Origin: Micrococcales bacterium
GTDB lineage: Bacteria; Actinomycetota; Actinomycetes; Actinomycetales; Microbacteriaceae
Reading direction: 5' to 3'
Assembly: GCA_046074345.1 (NCBI GenBank)
Contig: JBJTNZ010000097.1
Span: 1-38,830, forward strand
Length of the DNA: 38,830 bases
Below, piece after piece: positions 1-9,236 of the stretch. The position numbers and the translations under genes are program-made. The notes beneath the pieces were generated by a model, which was not told the origin of the DNA, ran no database searches, and saw nothing but the letters and a program-made list of their open reading frames with translations. How positions within the stretch are numbered: position 1 is the first letter of the stretch; every line of letters starts with the position of its first letter.

Positions 1-2
1 GA

Positions 3-959
3 CCAGGCAAGGGATTGACTTGGCAGTACCGCGTCACGGCTCGCACTGCATTTGGAGAGAGCGATGTTTCTGCAGCTGCTTCAGTCTCGGTAGCAACTAC
101 CGTTACTTCGATTCCTTTGATTCGATCCTTTGTTGCGAATCAGGATGGCACGCTCACAGTCACTTGGTTGGCGCCTTACGACCTCGGTGGCACTCCGTTG
201 ACGGGATACATCATCGAGCGTTCGGCTGACAATGTGAACTGGACTGCATTACCTGCTGCTGCCGCCAATGTCCTAACTGTGAGTATGCCTGGCGGTGGGC
301 CTGGTGTTCGTAGCTTCGTTCGTGTGAAGGCAACTAACGCGGTCGGCATCTCTGCGGCCAGCACCGTACTAACCACCATGGTTCCTTACCAGCTAGCTAG
401 CGCTCCTACAGGTTTGACTGTTTCGCTTGTCTCAGGTCGAGCCGCACTGACTTGGGCCGCACCGGCAACCACAGGTGGCGCACCGATCACTCAGTATTCG
501 ATTGAGTACAGTGCCAACGGTGGTGCAAACTGGGCGATTGCTGCCTATAGCAGCAGTACCTCTGCAAACGTTGGAGTTGCGCCAAAGGGGCAAACACTAA
601 GCTATCGAGTCGCCGCACGTAATGCTGCAGGATTTAGTACCTACTCAAATGTTGTGGCACTCACGACTCCATCTACCGTGACGAGCAGCGTTCGCTTGAA
701 CAGCGCCGTCTCTACTGGAGTAGGAAGTTTTAATCTCACATTTAGTTCACCAATTGATCTCGGTGGGTATGCGACATACAACTACCGTGTTGATGTTTTG
801 GTAAACAATGTTTGGACCGCAGTTGCGACAGGCGCTGGCAACGCAGTGAATGTTGTTTCGATTCGAACACCTTCTTCAAACTTGATTTACTCATATCGAG
901 TTATTACTACAAATCCGTCTGGTGATTCGGCTCCGGCTACATTCAATTACCGAGCATAA
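3..959 (+). CDS. Fibronectin type III repeat protein, C-terminal part (5' end outside window)
   Basis: The frame is open from the window edge. Repeated FN3 signatures: VTWLAPYDLGGTPLTGYIIERS, LTWAAPATTGGAPITQYSIEYS, YRVAARNAAGFS, YSYRVITTNPSGDS. Confidence 0.88.
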   Translation, partial: PGKGLTWQYRVTARTAFGESDVSAAASVSVATTVTSIPLIRSFVANQDGTLTVTWLAPYDLGGTPLTGYIIERSADNVNWTALPAAAANVLTVSMPGGGPGVRSFVRVKATNAVGISAASTVLTTMVPYQLASAPTGLTVSLVSGRAALTWAAPATTGGAPITQYSIEYSANGGANWAIAAYSSSTSANVGVAPKGQTLSYRVAARNAAGFSTYSNVVALTTPSTVTSSVRLNSAVSTGVGSFNLTFSSPIDLGGYATYNYRVDVLVNNVWTAVATGAGNAVNVVSIRTPSSNLIYSYRVITTNPSGDSAPATFNYRA

Positions 960-965
960 GAATAA

Positions 966-999
966 AAAAAGAACCCCGCCATCGAGCGGGGTTCTTTTT
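966..999. terminator. Bidirectional rho-independent terminator
   Basis: AAAAAGAACCCCGC-catcga-GCGGGGTTCTTTTT is a perfect stem with A and T tracts on both sides, lying between convergent genes. Confidence 0.92.
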
Positions 1000-1010
1000 G
1001 TTTAAGTCGA

Positions 1011-1376
1011 CTATGCGTCTACGGTCATTCCTAGAAGCACAGCAACACAAAGGTTCAAAACGGTAAGTGCACCAATTGTTGGCACTACCCACTTTGGTGT
1101 GACTTCCTTTTTGTTGTAGGTATATGCGATGAAGAAGATTGCGGTGATTACCGCGCTCTTTACGCTGATTGAAATCGGATTGACGTGCTCGCCGTTTGCC
1201 GGGAGAAGTCCGGTCATGATTAGTCCGGCGCCTAGTGCCAGCCAAGATCCGTGAAGGATGCTAGGAAGCACCTTTGCTCCGGTCTTGAAAAGCTTGGTCT
1301 GGCTCAATACGCCAGCCATGATTGTTGCGAAACCTAGTAGGTGTAGTACGAGAAGTACTCTGATTGCGATTTCCAT
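1011..1376 (-). CDS. Small 4-TM actinobacterial membrane protein of unknown function
   Basis: 121 aa with four hydrophobic segments. Its start overlaps the ribH stop (TAATG). Confidence 0.8.
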   Translation of the reverse strand: MEIAIRVLLVLHLLGFATIMAGVLSQTKLFKTGAKVLPSILHGSWLALGAGLIMTGLLPANGEHVNPISISVKSAVITAIFFIAYTYNKKEVTPKWVVPTIGALTVLNLCVAVLLGMTVDA

Positions 1377-1831
1377 TATTTGAGTCTAGCCATGGTGATG
1401 GCAGCCTCAACGGCTTCGCGACCCTTGTCTTCCTTCGACTTTGGCAAACCAGCGCGGTCGAGCGCCTGCTTCTCATTGTTCACGGTGAGCAGCCCGAATC
1501 CCACTGGAATGCCGGTGTCTAGCTGCACGCGGTTTAGTCCATCGGTGGCTGCGCGGCAGACGTACTCGAAGTGAGGAGTGTCACCCTCGATTACGCAGCC
1601 AAGTGCGATAACTACGTCAGCACCCTGATCGATTGCGTAGGCGGCAGCTAGCGGAAGCTCGAAGGCCCCTGGCACACGCCAAACCTCGTAGGTGTCATTG
1701 CCCGCTTCCTTGAGCGCGCGCTCGGCTCCGGCAAGCAAGCCATCCGTTATGTTGCTGTGCCAGCTGGTTACCAAGACCGCGATCTGCAAACCGGTCGCGT
1801 CGATTTCTAGCTTTGGTGCGTTTCCTGCCAT
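1376..1831 (-). CDS. ribH: 6,7-dimethyl-8-ribityllumazine synthase
   Basis: Motifs VPGAFELP, GDTPHFEYV, PVGFGLLT and RAG...KG; rib operon context. Confidence 0.96.
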   Translation of the reverse strand: MAGNAPKLEIDATGLQIAVLVTSWHSNITDGLLAGAERALKEAGNDTYEVWRVPGAFELPLAAAYAIDQGADVVIALGCVIEGDTPHFEYVCRAATDGLNRVQLDTGIPVGFGLLTVNNEKQALDRAGLPKSKEDKGREAVEAAITMARLK

Positions 1832-1833
1832 GG

Positions 1834-3063
1834 TTATACCTTCGGGATCAGGTGACCCATGCGGTCACGTTTGGTTACTAGATAGTTTTCGTTCTCAGCT
1901 GCAAGTCCAACAATCACCGGAACGTATTCGTTCACTTTGATTCCTGCTTTGTCGAGGAATGAACTCTTGGCAGGGTTGTTGGTCATCAGACGCACGCTCT
2001 TGACGCCGAGGTCATGCAAGATTGCAACTGCTGCTCCGTATTCACGGTTTTCGCTAGGTAGGCCTAGGGCGAGGTTGGCATCGACGGTGTCGTAGCCTTG
2101 CTCCTGAAGTGCGTATGCCTTCAACTTGTTTAGAAGTCCGATACCGCGACCTTCTTGGCCGCGTAGGTAAATCACGATTCCACCGTTTGGATCATTGGCA
2201 ATCTGGTCTAGTGCGAAGTCGAGCTGTGGACCGCACTCACACTTGAGTGAACCAAATGCTTCACCAGTGATGCATTCGCTGTGCATGCGAACCAAAACGT
2301 TTTCTCCGGTCGGGTTGCCAGAGACCAAAGCCACGTGATCAGCTGTGGTTTTGATGTCGTAGTAACCGCGCAAGCGCATTGGTCCGTGAGAGGTTGGCAC
2401 GTTTGCCTCTGCCTCAAAGCGGATGCGATTGTCTGGATTGTCCTCTGGGATGATCGGGTGATTATCGAGGTACTGCACGAGTTGCTCGATAGTTACCACC
2501 GGAAGGTCATACTGCTTTCCGGTCTCGATTAGTTCAGGAAGTCGCATCATCTCGCCGTCCTCGCGCACCATCTCGCCGATGACGCCAACCGGGTTCATCC
2601 CGGCAAGCTTCAGTAGGTCGACGGTAGCTTCGGTGTGGCCTGGGCGCACTCGCACGCCACCTGCGTTGGCTCGGAGTGGAAGCATGTGACCCGGGCGGAT
2701 TAGGTCATCCGGGCCGGTTGCCGGATCTGCCAATACGTGGGCTGTGTTGGCACGGTCGGCAGCGCTGACACCGGTAGAGATGCGGTTAGTCGCATCCACG
2801 GTGATTGTGTAGTTGGTGCTGTGTGGGTCGCGGTTGTGAATTGTCATCAATGGCAGTTCAAGCTCATTGGCACGAGATTCTTCCATTGGCACGCAGAGGA
2901 AGCCGGTGGTGTGACGCACGATCCAGGCAATCCACTCTGGCGAGGCTAGCTCGGCAGAAATGATGGCATCGCCCTCGTTCTCGCGGTCGTCGGCATCGGC
3001 AACCAGCACCGGCTTACCGGCGCGCAGCGCTTCTAGCGCTTGTTCAATTGTCGATAGTTCCAT
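1834..3063 (-). CDS. ribA: Bifunctional DHBP synthase / GTP cyclohydrolase II (RibBA)
   Basis: RibB motifs DADDRENEGD and GHTEA; RibA motifs RMHSECITGEAFGSLKCECGPQL, QEGRGIGL and LMTNNP. Confidence 0.96.
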   Translation of the reverse strand: MELSTIEQALEALRAGKPVLVADADDRENEGDAIISAELASPEWIAWIVRHTTGFLCVPMEESRANELELPLMTIHNRDPHSTNYTITVDATNRISTGVSAADRANTAHVLADPATGPDDLIRPGHMLPLRANAGGVRVRPGHTEATVDLLKLAGMNPVGVIGEMVREDGEMMRLPELIETGKQYDLPVVTIEQLVQYLDNHPIIPEDNPDNRIRFEAEANVPTSHGPMRLRGYYDIKTTADHVALVSGNPTGENVLVRMHSECITGEAFGSLKCECGPQLDFALDQIANDPNGGIVIYLRGQEGRGIGLLNKLKAYALQEQGYDTVDANLALGLPSENREYGAAVAILHDLGVKSVRLMTNNPAKSSFLDKAGIKVNEYVPVIVGLAAENENYLVTKRDRMGHLIPKV

Positions 3064-3659
3064 TAGATACCCCTTGCCTCGAGCAAGCGCTCGATGTGTT
3101 TGGCCATTACGTCGGCCTCGACGTTTACTTTGTCGCCAGCCTGTTTGCTGCCGAGTGTGGTTAGTGCCAGTGTTTCCGGAATCAAACTAAGTGCGATGTA
3201 GTCGTCGCCAACTTCATTCACCGTGAGTGAAATTCCATCGATGGTGATGGATCCCTTGAGCACGACATACTTCATCAGTTCTCTTGGAATTTGCACGCGC
3301 ACGATTTCCCAGTTTTCACTAGGCGAACGCGAAATGATTTCGCCGACTCCGTCGACATGCCCCTGCACCACGTGACCACCGAAACGAGTCTCGGCAGTCA
3401 TTGCGCGCTCAAGGTTTACTGCATCGCCGACCTTGATGTCGCTCATCGAAGTCTTGTCGAGAGTTTCCTTCATCACATCAGCGGTGAATTCTCCGTTGCC
3501 GAACTCAATCGCAGTCAAGCAGGTGCCGCTAACCGCAATGCTGTCGCCGCGGTGGAGGTCGCTGGTGACCAGTGGACCTTCGATTGTGATGCGAAACGCG
3601 TCACTCTGCAGCTCAATGTTCTTCACTCGTCCGAGCTCTTCGATGATGCCGGTAAACAT
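3063..3659 (-). CDS. ribE: Riboflavin synthase (alpha chain)
   Basis: Diagnostic N-terminus MFTGIIEE; GDSIAVSGTCLT; GGHVVQGHVDG; duplicated lumazine-binding repeat. Confidence 0.97.
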   Translation of the reverse strand: MFTGIIEELGRVKNIELQSDAFRITIEGPLVTSDLHRGDSIAVSGTCLTAIEFGNGEFTADVMKETLDKTSMSDIKVGDAVNLERAMTAETRFGGHVVQGHVDGVGEIISRSPSENWEIVRVQIPRELMKYVVLKGSITIDGISLTVNEVGDDYIALSLIPETLALTTLGSKQAGDKVNVEADVMAKHIERLLEARGI

Positions 3660-4675
3660 TAGTTCTCCTCGTGTATTGCGCGAATCAAAATGTCTTCGCC
3701 AAGTGTTTTGGTTTCGATAAAGCGAAGCTTGATTGCGTCGCCAATGGTCTTCACATCTATGTCACGCACGGCCGTCTGGCTGCCTCCGATGAGCTTAGGG
3801 GCCAGGTAAATCAAGTACTCGTCTGCATAGCCGAGTCGAATTAGCTCGCTCTGGATCTGAGCCCCACCCTCGACAAATACCTGCCGGATGCCGCGTGAAT
3901 ACAGGGTTGCGAGTGCGCTGCCAAGGTCGCGAGTCTTTAGCTGAACCGTCTCGGCGTCAGCATTAAACACGCGCGAAATTGGGGAGAGGTCTCGTTCACC
4001 GACTACTACTCGTAGCGGTTGTGTTTCGTACAAGCTGCCGTCTGACTTACGAGCGGTCAATTCTGGATCGTCCAGCGCAACAGTGTTGGTGCCGGCGATA
4101 ATGGCCTGCGATGCAGCTCGACGTGCGTGCACATCTTCGCGCGCGACGCTTCCGGTGATCCACTTCGAAGTGTTATCTTCCGCAGCGACTCGTCCATCGA
4201 TGCTGGCTGCGTACTTGATTACGACGTATGGGCGCTGATTGAACTTGTTCACGATCCACGGTTTCAAAATCGGAATGTACTCATCGGAAAGAATTGGACC
4301 GACTACTTCGATGCCAGCTTGCTCAAGAGTGAATCGACCGCCACCTTCTGTGGTGCCTGGGTCAAAGGCTGCGAAAACTACCCGCTTGATTCCTGCTGCG
4401 ATGAGCGCCTGCGCGCAAGGGCCAGTGGTGCCAGTGTGGTTGCATGGTTCGAGAGTGACAACCGCAGTCAATCCATTGGCTGATGAAACCTTTGATAGTG
4501 CATCAACTTCTGCGTGGGGTGTGCCGATGCCCTTGTGCCATCCTTCGGCGACGATTTCGCCGGCATCGTTGATGAGGACGGCACCAACTCGAGGATTCTC
4601 GTTATAAAGAGGTGAAAGTTGGGAGAGCTCGATGGCACGACGCATAGTTTTTTCAAACATTGCTTGCTCGTACAT
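3659..4675 (-). CDS. ribD: Bifunctional pyrimidine deaminase/reductase RibD
   Basis: Motifs NPRVGAV, HAE, TLEPCNHTGTTGPC, SKWIT and EGG. The ATG at 4675 follows an SD (GGAAAGGA) and is preferred over the ORF-track start at 4702. Confidence 0.95.
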   Translation of the reverse strand: MYEQAMFEKTMRRAIELSQLSPLYNENPRVGAVLINDAGEIVAEGWHKGIGTPHAEVDALSKVSSANGLTAVVTLEPCNHTGTTGPCAQALIAAGIKRVVFAAFDPGTTEGGGRFTLEQAGIEVVGPILSDEYIPILKPWIVNKFNQRPYVVIKYAASIDGRVAAEDNTSKWITGSVAREDVHARRAASQAIIAGTNTVALDDPELTARKSDGSLYETQPLRVVVGERDLSPISRVFNADAETVQLKTRDLGSALATLYSRGIRQVFVEGGAQIQSELIRLGYADEYLIYLAPKLIGGSQTAVRDIDVKTIGDAIKLRFIETKTLGEDILIRAIHEEN

Positions 4676-4744
4676 ACCCGTCCTTTCCCTGGAAAAGCTC
4701 AACAGGGGTGACGGGACTAGGGCGGGCGCGAGCGCGCCAACCCC

Positions 4745-4872
4745 AGTTCTTCTCCCATCCGGACTATAACCGTCGGCTCTGGAATTTCACCAAAATCAAC
4801 CGCCTGGGTTTGATTCCAGTCGGGTCGCGGGCTGTAACCGCCGGCTCAGATTTTCACTGACCCCGAAGAACT
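4745..4872 (-). promoter_or_regulatory. FMN riboswitch (RFN element)
   Basis: The minus strand reads AGTTCTTCGGGGTCAGTGAAAATCTGAGCCGGCGGTTACAGCCCGCGA...GGTGAAATTCCAGAGCCGACGGTTATAGTCCGGATGGGAGAAGAACT. It has the RFN consensus blocks and a P1 stem AGTTCTT/AAGAACT, directly upstream of ribD. Confidence 0.96.
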
Positions 4873-4961
4873 TTGTTGCTTTGTAATCCTTACAGATAAA
4901 CCCCGCGGTCGCCAAAGTTATTCCGATACCCTATAGTGGGTTTATCATAGATAATCAGCGC

Positions 4962-4975
4962 TGAATAGGTATTCA
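4962..4975. promoter_or_regulatory. Candidate operator for the SorC/DeoR-family regulator
   Basis: Palindrome TGAATA-GG-TATTCA ending 1 nt before the operon's first ATG, downstream of a TATAGT -10-like hexamer (4932-4937). Confidence 0.5.
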
Positions 4976-4976
4976 A

Positions 4977-5861
4977 ATGACAGTCTTGAGCACTAACCCG
5001 GTGGATGTGGCCAACTGGGCCGAACTCCGCAGACAATTGGCTGAGGCCGACCAGTCCGGCAAGGCTGAGCTACTCGCCAACCAGGCTCGGCTAGCCCGTC
5101 GTCAGATCATCCAGATGATTGATGAGGCCGGCCAGGGACACATCGGCGGTGATTTCTCGGTAATCGACGTGATGACCACACTCTTTAGCCAGGTGCTCAA
5201 AATTGACCCAGCGAACCCGAGCATGGAAAACCGCGACCGTTTTATCTTGAGCAAGGGTCACTGCTCGGCGGCGCTTTACACAACCCTCGCGTTCAACGGA
5301 TTCTTCGATCGCGCTGAACTTTCAACTTTTATGCAGCCATACTCTGCGCTCAACGGTCACCCGAACCGCAACAAGGTGCCGGGTGTCGAGACCAACACCG
5401 GACCACTCGGTCACGGTCTACCGGTTGGTGTCGGTACAGCAATCGCAGCGAAGCTCAAGAAAACCGGCGCGCGCACCTTTGTAATTCTTGGCGACGGTGA
5501 AATGCAAGAGGGAAGTAACTGGGAAGCGCTAATGAGCGCAGCTCACTTCAAGCTCGACAATTTAACTGCAATCGTCGACCGCAACCGTTTGCAGCAGGGT
5601 GCTCGCACTGAAGACACCAACGGACTAGATCCGCTCGACGAAAAACTTGCGGCTTTCGGTTTAGAAGTTCGTGAAATAGACGGACACGATTTCGGCCAGC
5701 TGTTGAAGGCTCTCGAACCATCGACCACCGGTAAGCCGGTTGCCATTATCGCCAACACTAAAAAAGGTAAGGGCGTAAGTTTCATCGAAGATCGCGTGGA
5801 GTGGCATCACAAGGTGCCTTCGAAGGATCAGGTAGTACAGGCTTTGGAGGAATTGTCATGA
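4977..5861 (+). CDS. aptA: Split transketolase, N-terminal ThDP-binding subunit (probable apulose-4-phosphate transketolase A)
   Basis: Motifs GHIGG, RDRFILSKGH, NTGPLGHG and the ThDP motif GDGEMQEG...DRN. The specific name is inferred from operon context. Confidence 0.8.
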   Translation: MTVLSTNPVDVANWAELRRQLAEADQSGKAELLANQARLARRQIIQMIDEAGQGHIGGDFSVIDVMTTLFSQVLKIDPANPSMENRDRFILSKGHCSAALYTTLAFNGFFDRAELSTFMQPYSALNGHPNRNKVPGVETNTGPLGHGLPVGVGTAIAAKLKKTGARTFVILGDGEMQEGSNWEALMSAAHFKLDNLTAIVDRNRLQQGARTEDTNGLDPLDEKLAAFGLEVREIDGHDFGQLLKALEPSTTGKPVAIIANTKKGKGVSFIEDRVEWHHKVPSKDQVVQALEELS

Positions 5862-6844
5862 GCGCACCAACCGCAAACAGTTACGAAATCGACGGAGTAG
5901 AGCTTCCGGTTTTTGACAACCGCGTTGCATTTGCCAACACGCTCATCGAACTAGCTAAGACCGACGAACGCATCGTCGCAGTCTGCAACGACTCGGTTGG
6001 TTCGAGTAACCTCGGCGGCTTCCGTGAGCAGTTCCCAGACCGCCTGATCAATGTCGGTATCGCCGAGCAGAACATGGTCGGCGTTGGCGCAGGATTGGCA
6101 AACGCGGGCATGATCCCATTCGTCTGTGCCGCCGGTCCTTTCCTCTCTGGCCGCGCCACCGAGCAGGTCAAGGCTGATGTTGCCTACAGCAACTTTGGCG
6201 TGATCCTCTGCGCAATGAGCCCAGGAATGGCCTATGGCGAGCTTGGCCCGACCCACCACTCGGTTGAAGACCTCAGCTGGATGCGTGCCCTACCGAACTT
6301 AGATATCGTGATGCCGGCTGACGAGTTGCAGACTCAGCAGGCCGTGAAGTGGGCGGTCGAAACTCGTCGCCCGACCTACCTACGCGTCGGTCGCCACAGG
6401 GTGCCGAACCTAGTTGCCGAAGGCACACCATTTACTCGCGGAGCATTCGTGGAGATGGCAAACGGAAATGATGTCACCATCATCGCTGCCGGAAGCATGG
6501 TTTCTCGAGCAATGGGTGCAGCGGCAATCTTGAAGAAGCACGGTGTGAACGCTCGCGTGTTGAACGCAACTTTCATTGCACCACTTGATGAAGCGGCAAT
6601 CAAAAAGGCAGCGAAAGAAACTCGCGGAATCGTGACGGTCGAAGAAGCAAATGTTGCCGGAGGATTAGGTGCTGCTGTGGCATCACTGCTCGGCACTCTC
6701 GGTGCAGACTCTCGAGTGCCACTTCGGATTGTCGGCACCGATGACTGGTCACCAACTTTGTCGACCGATGGTCTCTACACTCACTTTGGATTGACTGCAG
6801 AAAACATTGTGGCTCAGGTAAACGAGGTTTTGGCTCGTGACTAA
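5858..6844 (+). CDS. aptB: Split transketolase, C-terminal subunit (probable apulose-4-phosphate transketolase B)
   Basis: Motifs NVGIAEQNMVG, GPTHHSVEDL and TVEE...GGLG. An ATGA overlap with the upstream stop fixes the start at 5858. Confidence 0.8.
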   Translation: MSAPTANSYEIDGVELPVFDNRVAFANTLIELAKTDERIVAVCNDSVGSSNLGGFREQFPDRLINVGIAEQNMVGVGAGLANAGMIPFVCAAGPFLSGRATEQVKADVAYSNFGVILCAMSPGMAYGELGPTHHSVEDLSWMRALPNLDIVMPADELQTQQAVKWAVETRRPTYLRVGRHRVPNLVAEGTPFTRGAFVEMANGNDVTIIAAGSMVSRAMGAAAILKKHGVNARVLNATFIAPLDEAAIKKAAKETRGIVTVEEANVAGGLGAAVASLLGTLGADSRVPLRIVGTDDWSPTLSTDGLYTHFGLTAENIVAQVNEVLARD

Positions 6845-8258
6845 TACCAACAACCTCATTCTTGCGATCGACCAGGGCACTGGTTCGACGAAGGGGTTGT
6901 TGGTTACAGAAAACCTAGAGGTTTTCGCACAACACAGCGAAAACATCGATATCGAATCTCCACAATCTGGATGGGTGCAACAGGATGCCAACCAGATCTG
7001 GGAATCGGTGGCAAAGAACATCGACGCACTGGTAGCCAAGGGTCAAGGCAACATCGCCGGGCTTGCGATTACCAATCAGCGCGAATCGGCGGTCGCCTGG
7101 GACAAGCAAACCGGCGAGCCAATTGGCCCGATGCTTGGCTGGCAGGATCGTCGCACAGCTGGTCGTCTGGATGATTTGACCGCCGTACAGAAAACCCGCA
7201 TTCGCGAAATCACCGGCCTGCCGCTCGACCCAATGTTCAGCGCGTTAAAGCTCGAGTGGCTGTTGGATCAGTACGACGCTGATCGTTCACGCTCAAAGGC
7301 TGGCGAGATTGCCCTCGGCACTGTGGACGCTTGGCTGGTCTACAAGCTGACCGGGCAGCACCGTGTGGAACTCGGCAATGCTAGCCGCACGCAGTTGTTA
7401 GACATCCACAGCAGTGACTGGTCAGACGAATTGCTGGGCCTCTTCAACATTCCAAAGGCAGCGCTGCCAGAGTTGGTCGCTAGCGACAGTGCGTCAACCG
7501 AAATTACTTCCACGAGCGCCAAGGGTCTGAGGGTGCTTTCGGTGCTGGCCGACAGCCACGCCGCACTCTTCGCCCATGGCAGCAACATCAAGGCCACCTT
7601 TGGCACCGGATCATCAATCATGGCGCTCACCAAGAATCCGGTCGAAGCGCCAGGGCTAGTGCAGACCGTAGCCTGGGCAGACAGAAACGGCACAGTCACC
7701 GCCCTCGAGGGCAACATACTTTCTTCCGGAGCAACCGTAGTTTGGTTGGCCGAGTTACTCGGCAGCACTCCAGCCGAACTGGCTTCGCTCGCTGTTACGG
7801 CTAAGGCTACAAACGTTAATCTGGTACCTGCATTCGGTGGGCTCGGCGCTCCATGGTGGGATGCCGATGCGCAGGGAGTGGTCACCGGGCTAACTCTCGC
7901 GGCCTCGCGCGCTGAACTCGCGCGCGCAGCTTTTGAATCAATCGTGTTACAAATCGAAGATGTCATCGCCGCTGTCGAATCGGCAACGGGCGAGCGCATT
8001 GAGCAAGTCAATGTTGATGGCGGGCCGACCGCTAATGAATGGTTGATGCAGCTAATGGCTGATTACTCGCAGCGAATTATCGTGAAGAATGATATTCCTG
8101 AACTAAGTGCAATCGGTGTCGCTAAGTTTGCTAACCAAAGTAAGGCAAGCGCGCACACCACAACTTATTCACCAAAGATTTCGGTCAGCGAAGCAAACGC
8201 CCGCAAGGCGAGCTGGCATGAAGCAGTAACAACATCCAGAATGCAAAGGAGCAACTAA
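6837..8258 (+). CDS. aplK: FGGY-family carbohydrate kinase (probable D-apulose kinase)
   Basis: Motifs [42 protein letters not shown] and VDGG; operon context. Confidence 0.75.
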   Translation: MTNTNNLILAIDQGTGSTKGLLVTENLEVFAQHSENIDIESPQSGWVQQDANQIWESVAKNIDALVAKGQGNIAGLAITNQRESAVAWDKQTGEPIGPMLGWQDRRTAGRLDDLTAVQKTRIREITGLPLDPMFSALKLEWLLDQYDADRSRSKAGEIALGTVDAWLVYKLTGQHRVELGNASRTQLLDIHSSDWSDELLGLFNIPKAALPELVASDSASTEITSTSAKGLRVLSVLADSHAALFAHGSNIKATFGTGSSIMALTKNPVEAPGLVQTVAWADRNGTVTALEGNILSSGATVVWLAELLGSTPAELASLAVTAKATNVNLVPAFGGLGAPWWDADAQGVVTGLTLAASRAELARAAFESIVLQIEDVIAAVESATGERIEQVNVDGGPTANEWLMQLMADYSQRIIVKNDIPELSAIGVAKFANQSKASAHTTTYSPKISVSEANARKASWHEAVTTSRMQRSN

Positions 8259-9235
8259 TGTCAAACATCAAATTCGGTGCCGGTATCTGGCACTTCGCGA
8301 ATTATGTCGACCGCTACGCGACCGACGGTTACGGCGACAGCATTAGCTTGCCGGATGCCATCGATATGGCTGGAGCAGTTGGCGACCTATCGGTGGTCGA
8401 CCTCAACTGGCCATTCTCAGACCCAAACCTTTCACACGCCGAAGTCAAAGCAGCACTTGAGCGCAACAACCTCGGAGTAATCGGAATCACACCGGAGATC
8501 TACAACCGCCAATTCGCCAAGGGTTCATTCACCAACCCAGACCCAGGCGTGCGCAAACTCGCTCACGAGCTGCTCACCCAGGCGGTAGGCGTGGTCAAGG
8601 ACTTCGGCGCCAACTACGTAAAGCTATGGCCAGGTCAGGATGGCTGGGACTACCCATTCCAGGTAGACCACCACAACCACTGGAAGCTAGCTCAGGACGG
8701 CATCGGTCAGCTCGCTGCCGAAAACCCTGACGTCAAGTTCGTTATCGAATACAAGCCTCGCGAGCCTCGCGTCAAGATGACCTTCGACTCAGTGTCACGC
8801 ACCTTGCTTGGCATTGAGAAGATCGGTCTTCCAAACGTGGGTATCTTGCTCGACTTTGGTCACGCACTTTACGGTGGCGAGTCTCCGGCCGATTCGGCTC
8901 AGCTTGCCATCGACTACGGCCGCTTGTTCGGCATGGACGTGAACGACAACCTTCGCGGATGGGACGACGACCTAGTCGCCGGTACCGTTCACCCGATGGA
9001 GCTCTTCGAATTCTTCTACGTACTTCGCAAGAACAACTGGGAAGGCGTCTGGCAGCTTGACCAGTTCCCATTCCGCGAGAACCACGTCGAAGCTGCGAAG
9101 ATGGCAATCGAATTTTTAAAGGCAGTAGATCGCGGACTAGACCGCCTCGACTTCAAGAAACTTCAGGAAGCACAGTCACGTCACGATGCAATCACAGCTG
9201 GTCGTCTTGCACGTGAAGCACTAATGGGATTCTAA
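8258..9235 (+). CDS. apsI: Xylose-isomerase-like TIM-barrel sugar isomerase (probable D-apiose isomerase)
   Basis: Motifs [47 protein letters not shown] and QLDQFPFRE. These match my recollection of the Pectobacterium ApsI sequence. Confidence 0.82.
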   Translation: MSNIKFGAGIWHFANYVDRYATDGYGDSISLPDAIDMAGAVGDLSVVDLNWPFSDPNLSHAEVKAALERNNLGVIGITPEIYNRQFAKGSFTNPDPGVRKLAHELLTQAVGVVKDFGANYVKLWPGQDGWDYPFQVDHHNHWKLAQDGIGQLAAENPDVKFVIEYKPREPRVKMTFDSVSRTLLGIEKIGLPNVGILLDFGHALYGGESPADSAQLAIDYGRLFGMDVNDNLRGWDDDLVAGTVHPMELFEFFYVLRKNNWEGVWQLDQFPFRENHVEAAKMAIEFLKAVDRGLDRLDFKKLQEAQSRHDAITAGRLAREALMGF

Positions 9236-9236
9236 A

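Noticed and set aside
4977-6844. Split transketolase as a frameshifted pseudogene
   Set aside because: Both halves are intact, with an SD (GGAGG) and ATGA coupling; two-subunit transketolases are an established family.
7340-8011. 223-aa minus-strand ORF
   Set aside because: Ser/Ala-rich antisense shadow of the FGGY kinase.
8258-9235. xylA with xylB or glpK assignment
   Set aside because: Shorter than true xylose isomerases, with different motifs; the context fits ApsI/AplK better.
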